Shown: positions 1-13,933, counted from the first letter of the whole stretch. The stretch: 57,605 bases of DNA, filler included, from Basidiobolus ranarum (GCA_040143965.1; 3 parts of 3 records of this genome joined end to end with filler, not necessarily neighbours in it), one strand, 5' to 3'. Translations and numbers: made by a program. The notes: a model not told the origin generated them from the sequence alone.

Positions 1-214
1 ACGACCAGGATGAAGTCCAAGAGCTGGCTGGAGATGTCCAGGATGAGGTCCAAGAGCTAGTGGGAGACGACCAAGAAGATGACCAGGATGAGCTCCACGA
101 GCCAGAACCAGTTGAGGTGGCTCTGGTGTTGCCTCTACTGGTTGGTGCAGCCTGACCAAAGCTATTGCACATGAGAGCATAACAGCCGAGTGAAAGGAGG
201 TTGTTGAAATGCAT
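1..214 (-). CDS. Secreted Ser/Trp-repeat protein, 5' part (runs off window start)
   Basis: ATG at 214; manual translation MHFNNLLSLGCYALMCNSFGQAAPTSRGNTRATSTGSGSWSSSWSSSWSSPTSSWTSSWTSPASSWTSSWS; signal-peptide-like start, 33-nt repeat unit, TATA-like motif ~65 bp upstream. Confidence 0.7.
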   Translation of the reverse strand, partial: MHFNNLLSLGCYALMCNSFGQAAPTSRGNTRATSTGSGSWSSSWSSSWSSPTSSWTSSWTSPASSWTSSWS

Positions 215-968
215 GGTTGAGTGTAGTTGGAATTCTTGAATATTCAGTATTGTGGTATTGTTATCGCTTTTGTCCTCACTTATAAATGTTTGCCTGTGAT
301 AAGATTCAATGAGGCGAAGCAGATAGTTACATGTGGTTCGGGTGTAATGGATCGACTCCTAGTCAAAACCGGTAAACCAAGCCTACTTCTTCAAGAGGAA
401 AGGTAGTGTGGTGATAGAAACATGTGGTATCCAATTTGGTCGCCATTATTTTAGCAGATACGGTCAAGTCATAGCCCATTGATTGAAGTTATCTCACTAC
501 AACAATATCCACGTCAATAGTTGGTTGAGGTTTAGGGCTGAGTTGATATTGACACCTTCACATTACCTGGATAGGTTACTTGGATGGAAGAGATACTAGC
601 TACTATTCATCTCGATCTTGCACTCCCCTAGGGCTTAGCTATCTAACTCCACTCAGATCAGAAATCGAGAATGGTTTGTTGACGATATTCTCCGTTATGA
701 CGTAAATTATCGAAAGCAAAATGAAGGGGTAGAACATACAAAATGTGGGATTGTATTTGTTGCCAGTAGATTAGCAGGTATGTTAGCAGATAGATCTCCA
801 AACATCCGGACTGTCACAAATGTTTGATTGAAAGCAACAATAGCCATCATTCTCCAAATAATGGAATCCCATTCTCAGCCATTGGTAGGCACAATCGATC
901 ATTCCTGGGCAGAGTGTGACATATAAACGCATCTTACGACTCCTTTACTCTAATCAAAGTAGTAACAC

Positions 969-2302
969 ATGCAGGATTGGGCGAGACCAATGATTGTAGT
1001 GGCCACTGCAGTAGGAGCAATCATTCTCAACCTGCTATTGCACGCCATATTCAAGCGAATTTCCACAAGAACAAGGTGGCTTTTCGATGATGATGTCGTC
1101 AAATATTGGTATGTGCTTATTGTATCCCTCAACTCGGCTCTTTCTAACTAACGTATTTGGCTCTTTCTATGCACTAACTTCTATGCACTAATGTGACAAA
1201 AGGAAATGGCCTACACTGGTGATCTTTCCGTTGATTGCAGTGATCATTGTCTTCCCCATAGTTAAGCCCATCCAAATACCAGAGAGAACCCACGACGCGA
1301 TTCGGCATGTGCTGACAATACTATTGATCATTACCATCGCGTGGCTTCTTGTAGATCTAGTTAAAGTGTTCGCTCTGTCGATTGTACGAGGACATAATTT
1401 CTCAAAGAGTACGAATAATTTGCGTGCTAGACAAGTTCTGACTCAATTGGTTGTTATGAAGCGATTGTTCTATTGTTTTATCATACTATTGGCCATAGCT
1501 TTGATCGTCCTGACGTTCCCCAGGGGTTGGGAGTTTGGAGCTAGCATGTTAGCCAGTGCAGGTGCCGCTTCGTTGATTCTTGGCTTGGCTGCCAAGCCAT
1601 CAATTGAGAATATCATAGCAAGCTTACAGATAGCTTTAACTCAACCGATTATATTGGACGATGATGTAGTTATTGATGGAGAGTCTGGAAAAATTGGTGA
1701 GTGATGTGGTTTTAATTTCTCTAGAATGTCACTAAGGTTTATACACTTTAGAGGAAATTAAAGCTCAGTTTGTCGTTGTACGAACTTGGGATGAGAGAAG
1801 ATTGATTGTCCCATTGACGAGGTTCATTGGGCAATCATTCGAGAACTTAACTCGAGGAAGCAGTCAAAAGTTGGGAACAGTATTTTTTTACTTAGATTAC
1901 CATGTCCCAATTGATGACTTACGAGAGCAAGTTGAAAATATTGTCAAGCAAACCTCGTATTGGGATCGTAGACATGTTAGTCTAGCGGTAGAGTATAAAA
2001 GTCACCAAACTCATCGCTAGTTAATTCAATAATAATCTCAAAGGAATATTTAGGTTACTGACATAAAGGATACTCAAATTGAAATCCGTTGCTTATTGAG
2101 TGCTTCTAATCCGGATAACCTTTTCAGTCTAAGGTGCTTTGTACGTGAAGAAATGGTCAAATATATCAGGTCCAATTATCGAGACTCCTTACCCATGCTA
2201 AGGTTTAAAGGGGCAGGAGGATCTTCACGTACTGTTGTAGACGAAAGTGATTTCGATAGACAAACACATGCTTCCTTTAATAGCGAGAAGACAAAGGGTT
2301 AA
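969..2302 (+). CDS. Small-conductance mechanosensitive channel (bacterial-type MscS family), 4 exons (~969-1108, 1203-1696, 1752-1987, 2054-2302)
   Basis: Spliced product contains ASAGAASLILGLAAKPSIENIIASLQIALTQPIILDDDVVIDGESGKIEEI..VVVRTWDERRLIVPL..FENLTR..GTVFFYLDY..LRCFVREEM, matching the MscS TM3/beta domain; GT-AG introns restore the frame. Confidence 0.85.
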
Positions 2303-3419
2303 GGTTAGTCTAAATGACTCGTCCATTAGAGAGACCACTAAGTGATTTAGAACTAACTTCCAGAAAATGATACCACACTCTATACGATAATTCACGTCAA
2401 AACTAAGTCAGAAATTTCTTCCACAATAAACAGTAAATTGGGCAGGTCCGCATATCCATTCATGTGTTAATGAATAGATACTAAATTTAATAACAATCAA
2501 CGAATCATGGTTTCTAGTACAGTTTTAGTCAAGATATGCTTCGAAGCAGAATAGTTCCAAGTTAATCACAATCCAACAAATTTGGACCAACAGAATTACT
2601 AGTCTCCACCAGTTGAGAAAATTCCATAGAAGTCATTACCAACAATCAAATCATCTACATCCAAATACGGATGGAATTCGCTGATCAACCCATCCATTCT
2701 ACTCTAAACTACCCTAAATTTTACAGTCAAGAATCGCCAAGAATCACCAATGATTTAATAAGAAAATATATGGAGTGTTTTGCTCACCTGCTCATCTGAA
2801 TAGAAAATCACTGCTCAGCTATGGTTGGGGTCATGTACTAATCATAGTTTAGCCATAAATCGTCTTTCGCTTTTGGCTTAATTAAGGGCCGTGCTGAATT
2901 CCTATTTCACTTTATTTTGCTTACTGTTAATATTCAGGATTCGTTCAGGTTTTCCACACTTAGCCCTTCTACAGTATAGCCCTATTGTTCCTTTTCTTTG
3001 GATACACCCTCAGTCTTTGGACGCACTCTTATTTACGTAATTGTGCTTTCATTGAAATCATCCTACTTTTTATTAACATCACACGTTCAATAACAGTGAG
3101 CCTGTGTTAAATCTTACCCTTTTTACTCTTCATACACATAGTAATAGATACAAAAACTATATCTTGACTGGTGTCTACTTCCACTTGATTTTTCTTTCTT
3201 CACAAAGTTTTCACGATTGGGTCGAATAATCGTAACCATCCGGACGAGTTCCCGGAACTTCAACCGGTTCAACTCGTCCCTATAGAGAATAACCGATACA
3301 CCAGGCAGAATGCAGCCTTAGATACAACACGTTTATCCCCAGGACTTCAAGGTTTTGATTTAGATTCTGAAGATGATGGAAGCTCTTATGCAGATTCCTC
3401 CAATGGATATACAAGGCTA

Positions 3420-6400
3420 ATGGTAGGAGATCATCACAACATGGATACACAAACCCCTGAACCAGGCTACTTTCGAGAACCCCCAAGTCCATCCAATCCC
3501 TTTAATCCTCCACGTAGAACTGCCACAGTAGGCGCCTCCGAGGAGTTTCGTATCGTCTACCTCAATAACAGAGAAAAAAATATGCCGTCCAAATATCTTC
3601 ATAACCGCGTCTCCACTGCTAAATACAACTTTCTCACCTTTTTCCCGAAATTCCTTTACGAACAATTTTCCAAGTACTCCAATGTTTTCTTTTTATTCAC
3701 TGCTTGTATTCAGGTAACTTATGACAGTTTTCTCATTTATTATGGATCTCCCAGTTTGTCAACTATTCTGCAAAGATAAACTTGAGGATACTAACAGTCT
3801 GGTTCTTTATTATTAGCAAATTAAAGATATCTCCCCTACGTCAAAGTACACTACTTTGGTTCCTCTACTCATTGTGTTGGCTGCCACAGCTTTCAAAGAG
3901 ATCGTTGAGGACTATGTAAGTAGAATTCACCTATTGGAGGATATCCCATGCATTGCCAGACTAAATTTCTTGCTATCAGAAACGTCACCAATCGGATGCG
4001 GAATTGAATGCTAGAGAAACAAAAGTTCTTCAAGGAACGGCTTTTGTCGCTAGACCATGGAGAGATATTGTTGTTGGGGATGTCGTACGTATTGAAGATC
4101 AGGAGTTCTTTCCAGCTGATTTGGTGCTTTTGAGTTCTTCAGAACCAGAGGCCATTTGCTACATCGAGACGAGTAACTTAGATGGGTATGTAGTTACTGT
4201 CATTCGTATTCGAAAGGGACACCTATTAATATGGCCTATATCGTTACTCTAGCGAAACCAATTTAAAGGTTAAACAGGGACTGATGGATACAGCAGATGT
4301 TCTGTCACCGTTGGCTGCTAGTCAACTAGATGGTAAGTGGGAATACTTGTAGCGACTAGTCAGCATCGATTGGGCCTAATTGTGATGTTTATTCTAGGCT
4401 ACATCAAATCGGAGCAGCCAAACAACAGTCTTTACACGTTCGATGGAACACTGGTTCTAATGGAAAACGGCACCGAGAAGATACTTCCCCTAGATCCCAC
4501 TCAGATCTTGCTTAGAGTATGAAGCTATTTATTGATTTCCTATTGCTTTTTATTAATAGCTTGCTATCTAGGGAGCACAACTTCGTAATACCCCATGGGT
4601 TTATGGAATTGTCGTATTCACCGGCCATGAATCAAAGCTGATGCGGAATGCTAGTGCAACCCCGATTAAACGTACCGATGTCGAAAAAATGACCAACACT
4701 CAGACCATCTTCTTGTTTGGTATTCTGCTTGTATTGAGTTTATCCTGTGCCCTGGGTACTCTGATTCGCCGAGTAAGTTGTGGCCATAGAACCCTTGTAA
4801 AGCTTTCTAGTGATTAACATGATTCTGGCATCTAGATTAGATTCACAAGTGAAATGGAGTATCTAGCTTTGAGTTCCACTAACATGTGGGCAGAGTTTGG
4901 CATGAATATTCTGACCTTTTTAATTCTTTTCAACAACCTAATCCCCATCAGGTAATTGTGGCTGAACCACTTCAACCAAATACACCAACACTAATCCACT
5001 TGCAACAGTTTAACCGTGACCATGGAAGTTGTTAAATACCAGCAAGCCTCTTTGATCAACTCAGATTTGGACATTTATCACGCGAGGACAGATACGCCTG
5101 CTCTTGCTAGAACCAGTTCCCTTGTGGAAGAGCTGGGACAGGTAAATCTGAGACTGCATATGAACTGTCCCTTCATATCCAACTAACCATTCGCTTTAGA
5201 TTGAATATATATTCTCGGATAAAACTGGTACTTTGACCTGCAATGAAATGGAATTCCGACAATGCTCCATCGCGGGAATAGGTTATGCCGATGTAATCGA
5301 TACTTCGAAATCTACCAACTTTGGGGAATCATCTGGTACCGGCCAGTATGATTTTAAACAGCTCATCGAAAATCTGCATTCTCATTCATCCGCATCGTTT
5401 ATCAATGAGTTTTTAACGCTTCTGGCTACTTGCCATACGGTTATCCCCGAGAGGAATGAGAAAAAGGAAGATGGTATGGAACACCACTTTGAGCAACTGG
5501 ATTCCTCGACAATTGAAATTAACTAATCTATGACTTAGATATTATCTACCAAGCTTCTTCTCCTGATGAGGGTGCTCTGGTTCAAGGTGCTTCCGTTCTT
5601 GATTATGTCTTTACGGTATGGTCAGCAACTGCTTTAGATTGAATAAGCTAACCCACTAACCCTTTTGATAGACTCGTCGACCCAAATCAATTCGAGTCCG
5701 CATACTCGGAGAAGAAAAAGAGTTCGAGGTGTTGAATATTTGTGAATTCAATAGTACTAGAAAAAGAATGTCCGCTCTTATCCGAGGACCCGATGGAAAA
5801 ATTAAACTTTACTGCAAAGGTGCCGATACTGTCATTCTTGAAAGACTGGGTCCCAAAAATCCTTTCGTAGATACCACGTTGGCTCACTTGGAAGTATGTT
5901 TATATAGTTTTGAAGGTTTAAAGTACTTTTACTCAACCTAAACCCTCTCTCTTTCAATATTAGGACTACGCTTGTGAGGGATTGCGTACGCTTTGTATCG
6001 CGATGCGAGAGATCCCTGAGGAAGAGTATAGAATATGGGTCAATGTGTATGATAAAGCAGCTACCACACTAGTAAACCGACAAGATGAGCTTGACAAGGC
6101 TGCAGAGATGATTGAAAAAGACCTATTCCTACTTGGGGCCACAGCTATCGAGGATAAGCTTCAAGAGGGTGTACCTGATACCATTCACACACTCGCACAG
6201 GTAAGAGTTTAACTTCCTTGATGTACATCAGTTTTGGAATGGATTGTTAATTGCAGAATAACTTTAACTAGGCTGGTATCAAGATTTGGGTTTTAACTGG
6301 GGATCGACAGGAAACAGCAGTTAATATTGGATACAGTTGTAAATTATTAACTGAAGACATGAGACTACTTATCTTTGACCAAGAAAATATGCAAGACTTT

Positions 6401-7767
6401 TCCAAAGTTTTACAGGAGAGACTCAGAGCGGTAGAAAGTGTTCGACAAAATGGAAATGAAACGGAGGTTGGTGCTTTATTAATGGTCCTCATTTTGTTAA
6501 GAAAATGGAGTTCATATTTGGAATTTCTTCATTTTTCTAGCCTTTAGCTCTGATTATCACTGGATATACCCTGGACTTTGCCCTTCACAAGGATATGGAA
6601 GTGTCTTTCCTTAATCTTGCCACTAAATGCAAAGCAGTCATCTGCTGTCGTGTTTCTCCTCTACAAAAAGCACTAGTGGTGAAATTGGTCAAACGTCACT
6701 TAAAAACTATCCTTCTTGCTATTGGAGACGGGGCCAACGATGTGAGCATGATCCAAGCAGCTCATGTCGGTGTGGGTATCAGTGGTATGGAAGGTCTGCA
6801 AGCAGCCCGAAGTGCAGATTTTGCCATCTCTCAATTCCGCTTCTTGAAAAAGTTGCTATTAGTGCACGGTGCATGGAGTTATCAGAGACTGAGCAAGCTT
6901 ATTTTGTATTCGTTTTACAAGAATATCACCTTATACATGACTCAGTTTTGGTTTGCTTTCTACAACGGATTCTCAGGCCAAACTGTATACGAATCATGGA
7001 CTATCAGTTTGTACAATGTTTTATTTACCGTTATGCCACCTATGGTTATAGGAGTGTTTGATCAATTTGTCAGTGCTAGAATGCTTGATAGATATCCAGA
7101 AATGTATCAACTTGGTCAGAAAAAGGTGTTCTTCAATGTGAAAACATTTTGGGGGTGGACGGCGAACGCGTTCTACCATTCCTTGATCCTATTCTTCTTT
7201 GTCAAATTGATCTTTAATGACGACCTGATTCTTGCGAATGGTGATGTTGGTGGTCAATGGGTATTCGGAACCACTCTGTACACTTCAGTGTTGGCAACTG
7301 TTATTCTGAAGGCAGCCTTGGTGACTGATTTATGGACGAAATACACGGTGGTTGCTATACCTGGCTCATTCATCATCTGGATAGTATTCTTCCCTATTTA
7401 CGCAGAGATCGCGCCACGTATTGGATTTTCCGAAGAATATGATGGTATCATTCCAGTGCTTTATGGAAGTGCAGTGTTTTGGTTTACAGTACTGCTAGTT
7501 CCAACGATTTGTGTACTACGAGATTATACATGGAAGTACCTACGCCGCATGTACTTTGCCAAACCCTATCATTGTGTACAAGAGATTCAGAAATTCAACA
7601 TTCCCGATTATCGACCACGTATGGAAAGATTCCGTAAAGCAGTACACAAAGTTCGTGCTATTCAACGTATGAAACTGAACCGTGGTTTCGCCTTTTCCCA
7701 AAACGAATCTGGCCAGGCGAACCTTATTCGTGCTTACGATACCACGCACAAGAAACCTCAAGGATAA
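3420..7767 (+). CDS. DRS2: Phospholipid-transporting P4-ATPase (Drs2/ATP8A type), multi-exon; start uncertain
   Basis: [72 protein letters not shown] and C-terminal GFAFS autoinhibitory motif. Confidence 0.95.
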
Positions 7768-8165
7768 TTATCTGAAAGAGAGCCTATATGTTGTAACTTG
7801 TTTGTTGACACTTTCCCATCACCATCTTGTCGAACCTGGCTTCAACTATCCTAACCTTTAGCTTATCCTTCTTGGTTGGTCTCCTATATATTGCTGACTC
7901 TTACCATAGTGTTATATATTCTGCTGAATATAATTCTTTCTTCGTTTACTTTATTATACATTCAATCTTTATAAAACTTACCGACTTGCTACTTCCTATT
8001 TTTGTGATTAAGAGTCTGTTTCTCCCCCCTTCCTAAGCACACCACACCCTAAGCTATAGCGTAAATACGGTCAACAATAAACAATAATATAGGGAAAGAA
8101 GATCCAATGGCTGACTTGAAATTTATTAATATTTTCATATGAATCTCTATAAACTAATTACATCT

Positions 8166-9127
8166 TTAATCTTCAAAAACATCCGGATTAGTCACCCTCA
8201 AAGTTTTTGTGTAATCTACATCATCACGTAGACTCAAGGTGGATCTACGGGGGAAGTGTCCCGGGAATTCAGTGAGTACTTCCGATTTCATGGAATTCTT
8301 TTGACGTTTTCTTCGCTTATATAAAATATATCCACCTATTATACCTGCTAAAAATATTACACCTGCTAATGTGAAGATCGAGGCTGCCAGTGCCGTATTC
8401 TGCATAAATGTCTGCTTCCCCGATGTGAACTCTTTTTCAACCGGTGTAGCTATGCCTGTATGTGAATTTGCCTCGTGAGGGTTTTGATTTCAAGACTGGT
8501 GACGATTTCGGAGGTAGGAGATACGTGTTGGGATTTAATATCCGAAGTAGTCGAGTGAGCTGGAGAAGCGGATGAGGTAGTATGAGTAGATATGGTATGG
8601 GAAGTAGTGTGTTTAGTAGTAGTAGAGGGTATGACATCATGTGTGATGCGAGAAGTGGCGGAATGGGTGGGAGAGGGTGTGTGAGTGGAAGAAGGTGTGT
8701 GAGTGGAGGAAGGTGGGTGAGTGGAAGAAGGGGGGTGAGTGGAAGAGATGGGTGAACTAGATGGCTTTCTACCAGATACGATATATACATTCAAGTATTT
8801 GGCACCACCACAAGTTTCAAAAGGATATCCATCGCATGGTATATTACATTTACTAGCATCAACACGAAGCGATAGAGGAGGTGTGTAATCACCACAATAG
8901 CATTCGTTTCCATTCTGTGTACCCGCATAAATAAACCCATTGTCTCGACAAACCTCAGTGCATTTACCGCTAGATTGATATTCGTACACATATGGATTCT
9001 GTAAGGTGGAGCTGTCAGCCAACCCATTCAACAAAGGAGTACTAGATGCATCGGAATAGCATCCTATCATATCACTTTGGGCAAATGAGGAGGATAGTAA
9101 AGCGATAAGGAGAAGAAGCCCCGTCAT
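8166..9127 (-). CDS. WSC-domain cell-surface sensor-like protein (signal peptide, WSC, Ser/Thr/His stalk, TM, short tail); frame break near 8450
   Basis: GCY...C..C...YAGTQNGNECYCG...CNIPCDGYPFETCGG WSC motif; TM ALAASIFTLAGVIFLAGIIGGYILY followed by KRRKR lies in a different frame (8166-8405). Confidence 0.75.
8670..8748 (-). repeat. 18-bp coding tandem repeat (SSTHPP/SSTHTP)
   Basis: Repeated GTGAGTGGA(A/G)GAAGG units on + strand; translation SSTHPPSSTHPPSSTHTPSSTHTPSPTH. Confidence 0.8.
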
Positions 9128-9660
9128 GACATTATCTCTCCTTCGAAAGTAAAGAGAAAGAACAATGGCAGGGATCCAGATATATATACATGATAATCTT
9201 GCCTATTTTTTACTGTTGTTTACTTGGGCTTGTCCACAAAATGATCGTTCGAGAAGCTCAACCACAGAAATAGGAAGGCCCGAGTTAATGATTCGCTTGG
9301 AAGAGCCGGCATTAATTTAAGCTCTATTCGGATACAACCGAGTTTCTCAAAATTCATATAAATCTCCCCTGGCAACCGGTCACAGTATCTTTGTGGCTCC
9401 ACAGCACTTACTGAGTATAACAAGGCATTGCTTGATATTTTTAACCTGTCTTCAGTCCCAACTCGGATTTTTCGACCATTCTCATACACCTAGCCGATTA
9501 TTTTTATACGGCTATACTATATCGAGCACTTATCACTGCCAGTTCCATTTCTTACCAAATCCGTTATTTCCTTATATACATACTTGCCGTTATCGGGTGC
9601 GTGTATGTATTTGACAAGTAGATATACAAAGATCTTTATTTGATGAACACGTCTAATAAC

Positions 9661-10960
9661 TCAAAGGGACTGTATAGCGTCCTTCATAATAGGCTGCACT
9701 TGTTTACGGGAGCATTTAACATTATTTTGTTCGTACGAAAATAATCTCACTTGTTCGCACAGACTCAATGCTCTTTTCTTCAAGTTCAATTCAGTATCTT
9801 CTAAACGTTTTGGTAACTCATTCAGTTTTTCATTGTCAACGTACAGCACCAGTTCTCTTGCGAATTCCTTGGTTTCTTTCTTTTCGTAAGCTGTCATAAT
9901 TGCTAGTAGATCTAACGAATGTTCTTTGGCGTAATTCTCTACAGAATTCATAAATTCTTTCTCACCATCTCGTTGGAGCCAAGCATCCAAAGACCAAGTA
10001 ACGGTGCTGATTCCGATAGCATATCCTGCTATTTTCCACTCCTTATAGTCTTTACGTAAGAGATCTCTCGCAGGAAGATGGTGGATGTTGAACTTGGCCT
10101 CTCGAATCTCATTGTAATATTTCTCACCCCCAGGAAACTCCATCGGGGTACCGATCAGATATTCGGTTAGTGTTTTAGCTACATCAGTGTCTTTCGGTCT
10201 AACCCGATCGTACCGCTCATCCAAATTGATGGTATCAAGTAGGATTGGTCCTAGTGCTAGCATTGCGGTCTCGTTACACAACAATGTTCGATGATCAATA
10301 GAATTCGAGGTACAAATGTTCAACCAATTGGAGATGATCAATGTGGTGCATGATCCGACTACTTCGATAATTCTAGGCTTGGAATGTAAGTAAAATCCCT
10401 CATCCTTATGATGATCCAAAATCCCCTTGACATAGTCGCCGAAGTGTTCTTGTTTGGGTGACAATTTATTATGGTCCACTATCACTAGTTCAAGTGTGCC
10501 AGAATTGGCTAATCCTTTCAAGTCAATTTCATCGATGAATATCAATTCCTCAGTTTGGATTCCACACTTGTTAAATACATAGGTACACTCCGTACGCAAG
10601 ACAAACTCATCCCTTGGGATATTAATCACCGGTAACCAGAAGACTTGAGAGTCGGCAGGCTCGACCCGCTGATTGAGATAACCGTGTAATAGAGAGGATA
10701 CCATGGAATCCAAGTCTGTCGCCATAATAGAAAAAAGTAAGACGGATGTCGGTCATCTGAAGAGTTATTTATGTAAATGCTTTACCAGCTGCTTCATTTC
10801 CAAGAACTACTCTGATAATATCTCCCTCATTTCGACTCTTTCCACCAACTAGAAGGTTAAGATTAGCTAAGAACTTATGGAAATCCGAACCAGGCATAGT
10901 GTGGATATTTTCACTTGCACCGAAAAACAAATATCTCAAGTAAGCTAGACTTTGCATCAT
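9661..10960 (-). CDS. PPX1: Exopolyphosphatase, DHH/prune family, 2 exons (10960-10786, 10715-9661)
   Basis: VLGNEAA|DLDS across the intron, VDHN, ILDHH, VGSCTTL, ILLDT, LLRKDYK, SRKQVQP. Confidence 0.9.
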
Positions 10961-11593
10961 GAAAATGTTAACAAAAGGGTGAAAAAAAATAGGATATACA
11001 CGGGGCAATGGGGGAAATTGGTCGTTTGGTATATTGATGAGTTAACTCTGGTCAAATGAAGGGAGTTATCCGACTTTTAACTCAGAACTGAAACTAAATC
11101 CCCTTTCTGACTCGTCATATTCACATCATTGCTCTCGTACCAAGCTTTGCGTAATCTGAGCAGCATCAAGCACATTGCGCTGAGGGATCTTTTTGAACAC
11201 CTCTTTGCTAACAAAGTAAACAGATTTAGGGGGCTTTCACTGGTTTGAGTGGAATGGACTAATCAATACATATGACATCCACTTGCGTTTAATAATAATT
11301 CACACCCCTAGAGATTCGTTTCAGGTACATTTACTAAAGCAATAGATTCAAGAGTGTGAAATGTTGCGGATAATCTCTACCCGATTCAATGTGTCCACAG
11401 GTTACAAATGCCTTCCAATAGAGCCATCGTTAGAGATGCAACAACATGTTTACACGAAGAAATCAGTTTTATAAATATATATGTATGTCTATGAAAATTA
11501 GAATATTCAAGAGTGTAAGAAAAGAACATAAGACGAAAGTGCGCCACTTGCGACGCCGCACGATAATGGAATGTGTGGGTTCTCCTTGAATTA

Positions 11594-13933
11594 TTACAGC
11601 TTTCTCTTTTTGACTTCGAATCTATCCAAAGCCGAGAAAGACTTGGATTTATCCAATCCCAAACGTCTTTTCTCTCTGTCCTCTCTTTGCTTCTGGAGCT
11701 TCTCCTCAGCTTCCATCTAAAAAGAAAATAAATACAAGAGTTACTCGTCAACTCCAAGAATTCAAACCAACTAAGCAACACCCTACCTTCTTGATATCGA
11801 TGACGTTCTTTTGCTTCTTACGAATGAATCTTTTAAGCGCAGAGTTTCTACCTCTCGCCTTCTTCTTGAGACCACCATCCTTAAGTGCCTCCTGAAGTAC
11901 ATCAAAACGATTAGTTCGATACTCAAAATGGATCCATTGAATTGAGAAAATACCTCTTGTTGCTTCTTCTTCTCTTCGTCCTCGACAACTTTAGAGAATT
12001 TGTTGATTTTACCGATAAAGTCAGGATCAAGTGAGATCATCTCAGGTTGAATCTGTAATGCGGTAGTAGTGAGTAAGAGTGGGTTCCATTTGAACGCATA
12101 CTGATGCTATTCCGTACCTTATTAAGAAGACTATGAACTTCGCTCTCTTGTCTTTGCTTGGTAGTTTCAAATGGATTGGCCTCCAAACTATCGAAGTTAG
12201 GCTCACCAGCACCTGTGATTGTGATACATTAGTTTGAGCTTCCCAAGTGGAGTGGAGATCAGAGAAAACTTACCTGGAATGACAATACTAGATACACCGC
12301 CATTGTGACCAAATCCGAGCACATCATCAAAGGGACAAAATTGAAGATCATGTACAGTCTTCGATGGCAACAAATGAGTCATGTAGGGAGATTCCTGTTT
12401 GACCTTCAGCGCATCTTTCCAGACTGATACATGAGGTCCCCAGCCAACACCCAACAACCCGAGTTGGGAAATCGAGAGTGATGATGCTGGTGTGGGTGTG
12501 TAGTATTGGTGGAGGTCCTTATATGTACGAACATCCCAAATCTTAAGTTGACCATCAAGACCTGAGGTGGCCATATAGCTACAGACAAATTATACATCAA
12601 TATAAACAGTAATGATTCGCGTTGCCTCATGAATATACATACTTTCCGCTAGAGTCAACTGCGATAGCTTGAACAGGTCCTTTATGGCAAAGCATCTTGA
12701 CTACTGGTGTGCTCATGTTGGGAGTCCACATAGTAACAGTACCTAGAAACAGTATAAGCTCAGTGGTTGTCACTATGAGTTTAGCTATTATATATCCTAC
12801 CATTAGCATGACCCAGATTCATCACAGCATTATGTGGGTTTTGGGCGAGAGTGTTACAACGGCCTAAGCGAGTACGATGCTCCACAACCAATTTTCCGGT
12901 AGAGGTATCGTGGTATCTCAACATACCAGTGTTGCTCTAATCATGCATGTTAGAAAGGACTCACGTTCTAATTAGCAATGCCAACACATACCGCAGTAAC
13001 GAGAAGGAAATGATATGGAAGGAAGTCCAATTTGTTGACGTCAACGTGCTTCTTCATACTATGGATTTCTAAACCTGTCTGATCGTAGATGTATACGTAT
13101 TTCTTCTGAGCAACAGCGAACATGGTTTCGTTGTGAAGCCACCTAAACAACAATGTTACTACAATATTCAAGGAGTGAGAGCACTTTTAGATAACCGTAC
13201 TTGACATCTCTGACGGTTTCTCCGAGATGGACCTCACATCCGAGCTTTCCCGCCTTCCAGTCGAATGAAGCGACATGGCCTTTTTGACCACCAATAAGCA
13301 TATATCTAAGCAACAATAGGGTCAAACCTTGATCATAGTAACTTCGAAAATAAATGTACTTACTTTCCGTTATTAGTATAGTCCATAGAGTAGGGACCAA
13401 ACTGATCCAACTTCAAGTCGAACATCTAAAAAACGGTGCATATTATCAGAGTCTCGTAACCATCGAAACACCCATTCAAATAAGACTCTAACCTTGCGAG
13501 CACTGTTAATATCGAGATTCTCTCCGAGTTGCTTTTGAGTAAATTTGTAGGTTCTTTCCATCCCTTCAGCTTCCAAGAAACTAGTTTACAACATATCAGT
13601 TAAAAATATTCTCTTGGGGGTAATATGTATGTATTATGTACCCAGCAGATTCGGTGAGGAGTAATTCCGAGCTAGCAGCCTTATATGCTGCTTCGTAATA
13701 CTTCTTTTCCATTCTCTTGGTAGTTCCCTTTAATTTCTTATCTTTTACTCCCTAGGAATGTGGATTAGGTTGAAGTCATTTAAAAACTAAAGTTGACAAA
13801 AGAAACAAACTTTCAAACTGGCAGGCTTACCACGAGAATACTTGCCAAGTTTCTCGAGGTTAGGATCCTTCTCTTCCTGAACACCAGGCTTGGTGCTCTG
13901 AACTTTTGTCATTTGAGCTTGATCGTCCGACAT
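11594..13933 (-). CDS. UTP7: U3 snoRNP WD40 protein Utp7/WDR46 (BING4CT domain), multi-exon
   Basis: [74 protein letters not shown]. Confidence 0.93.
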
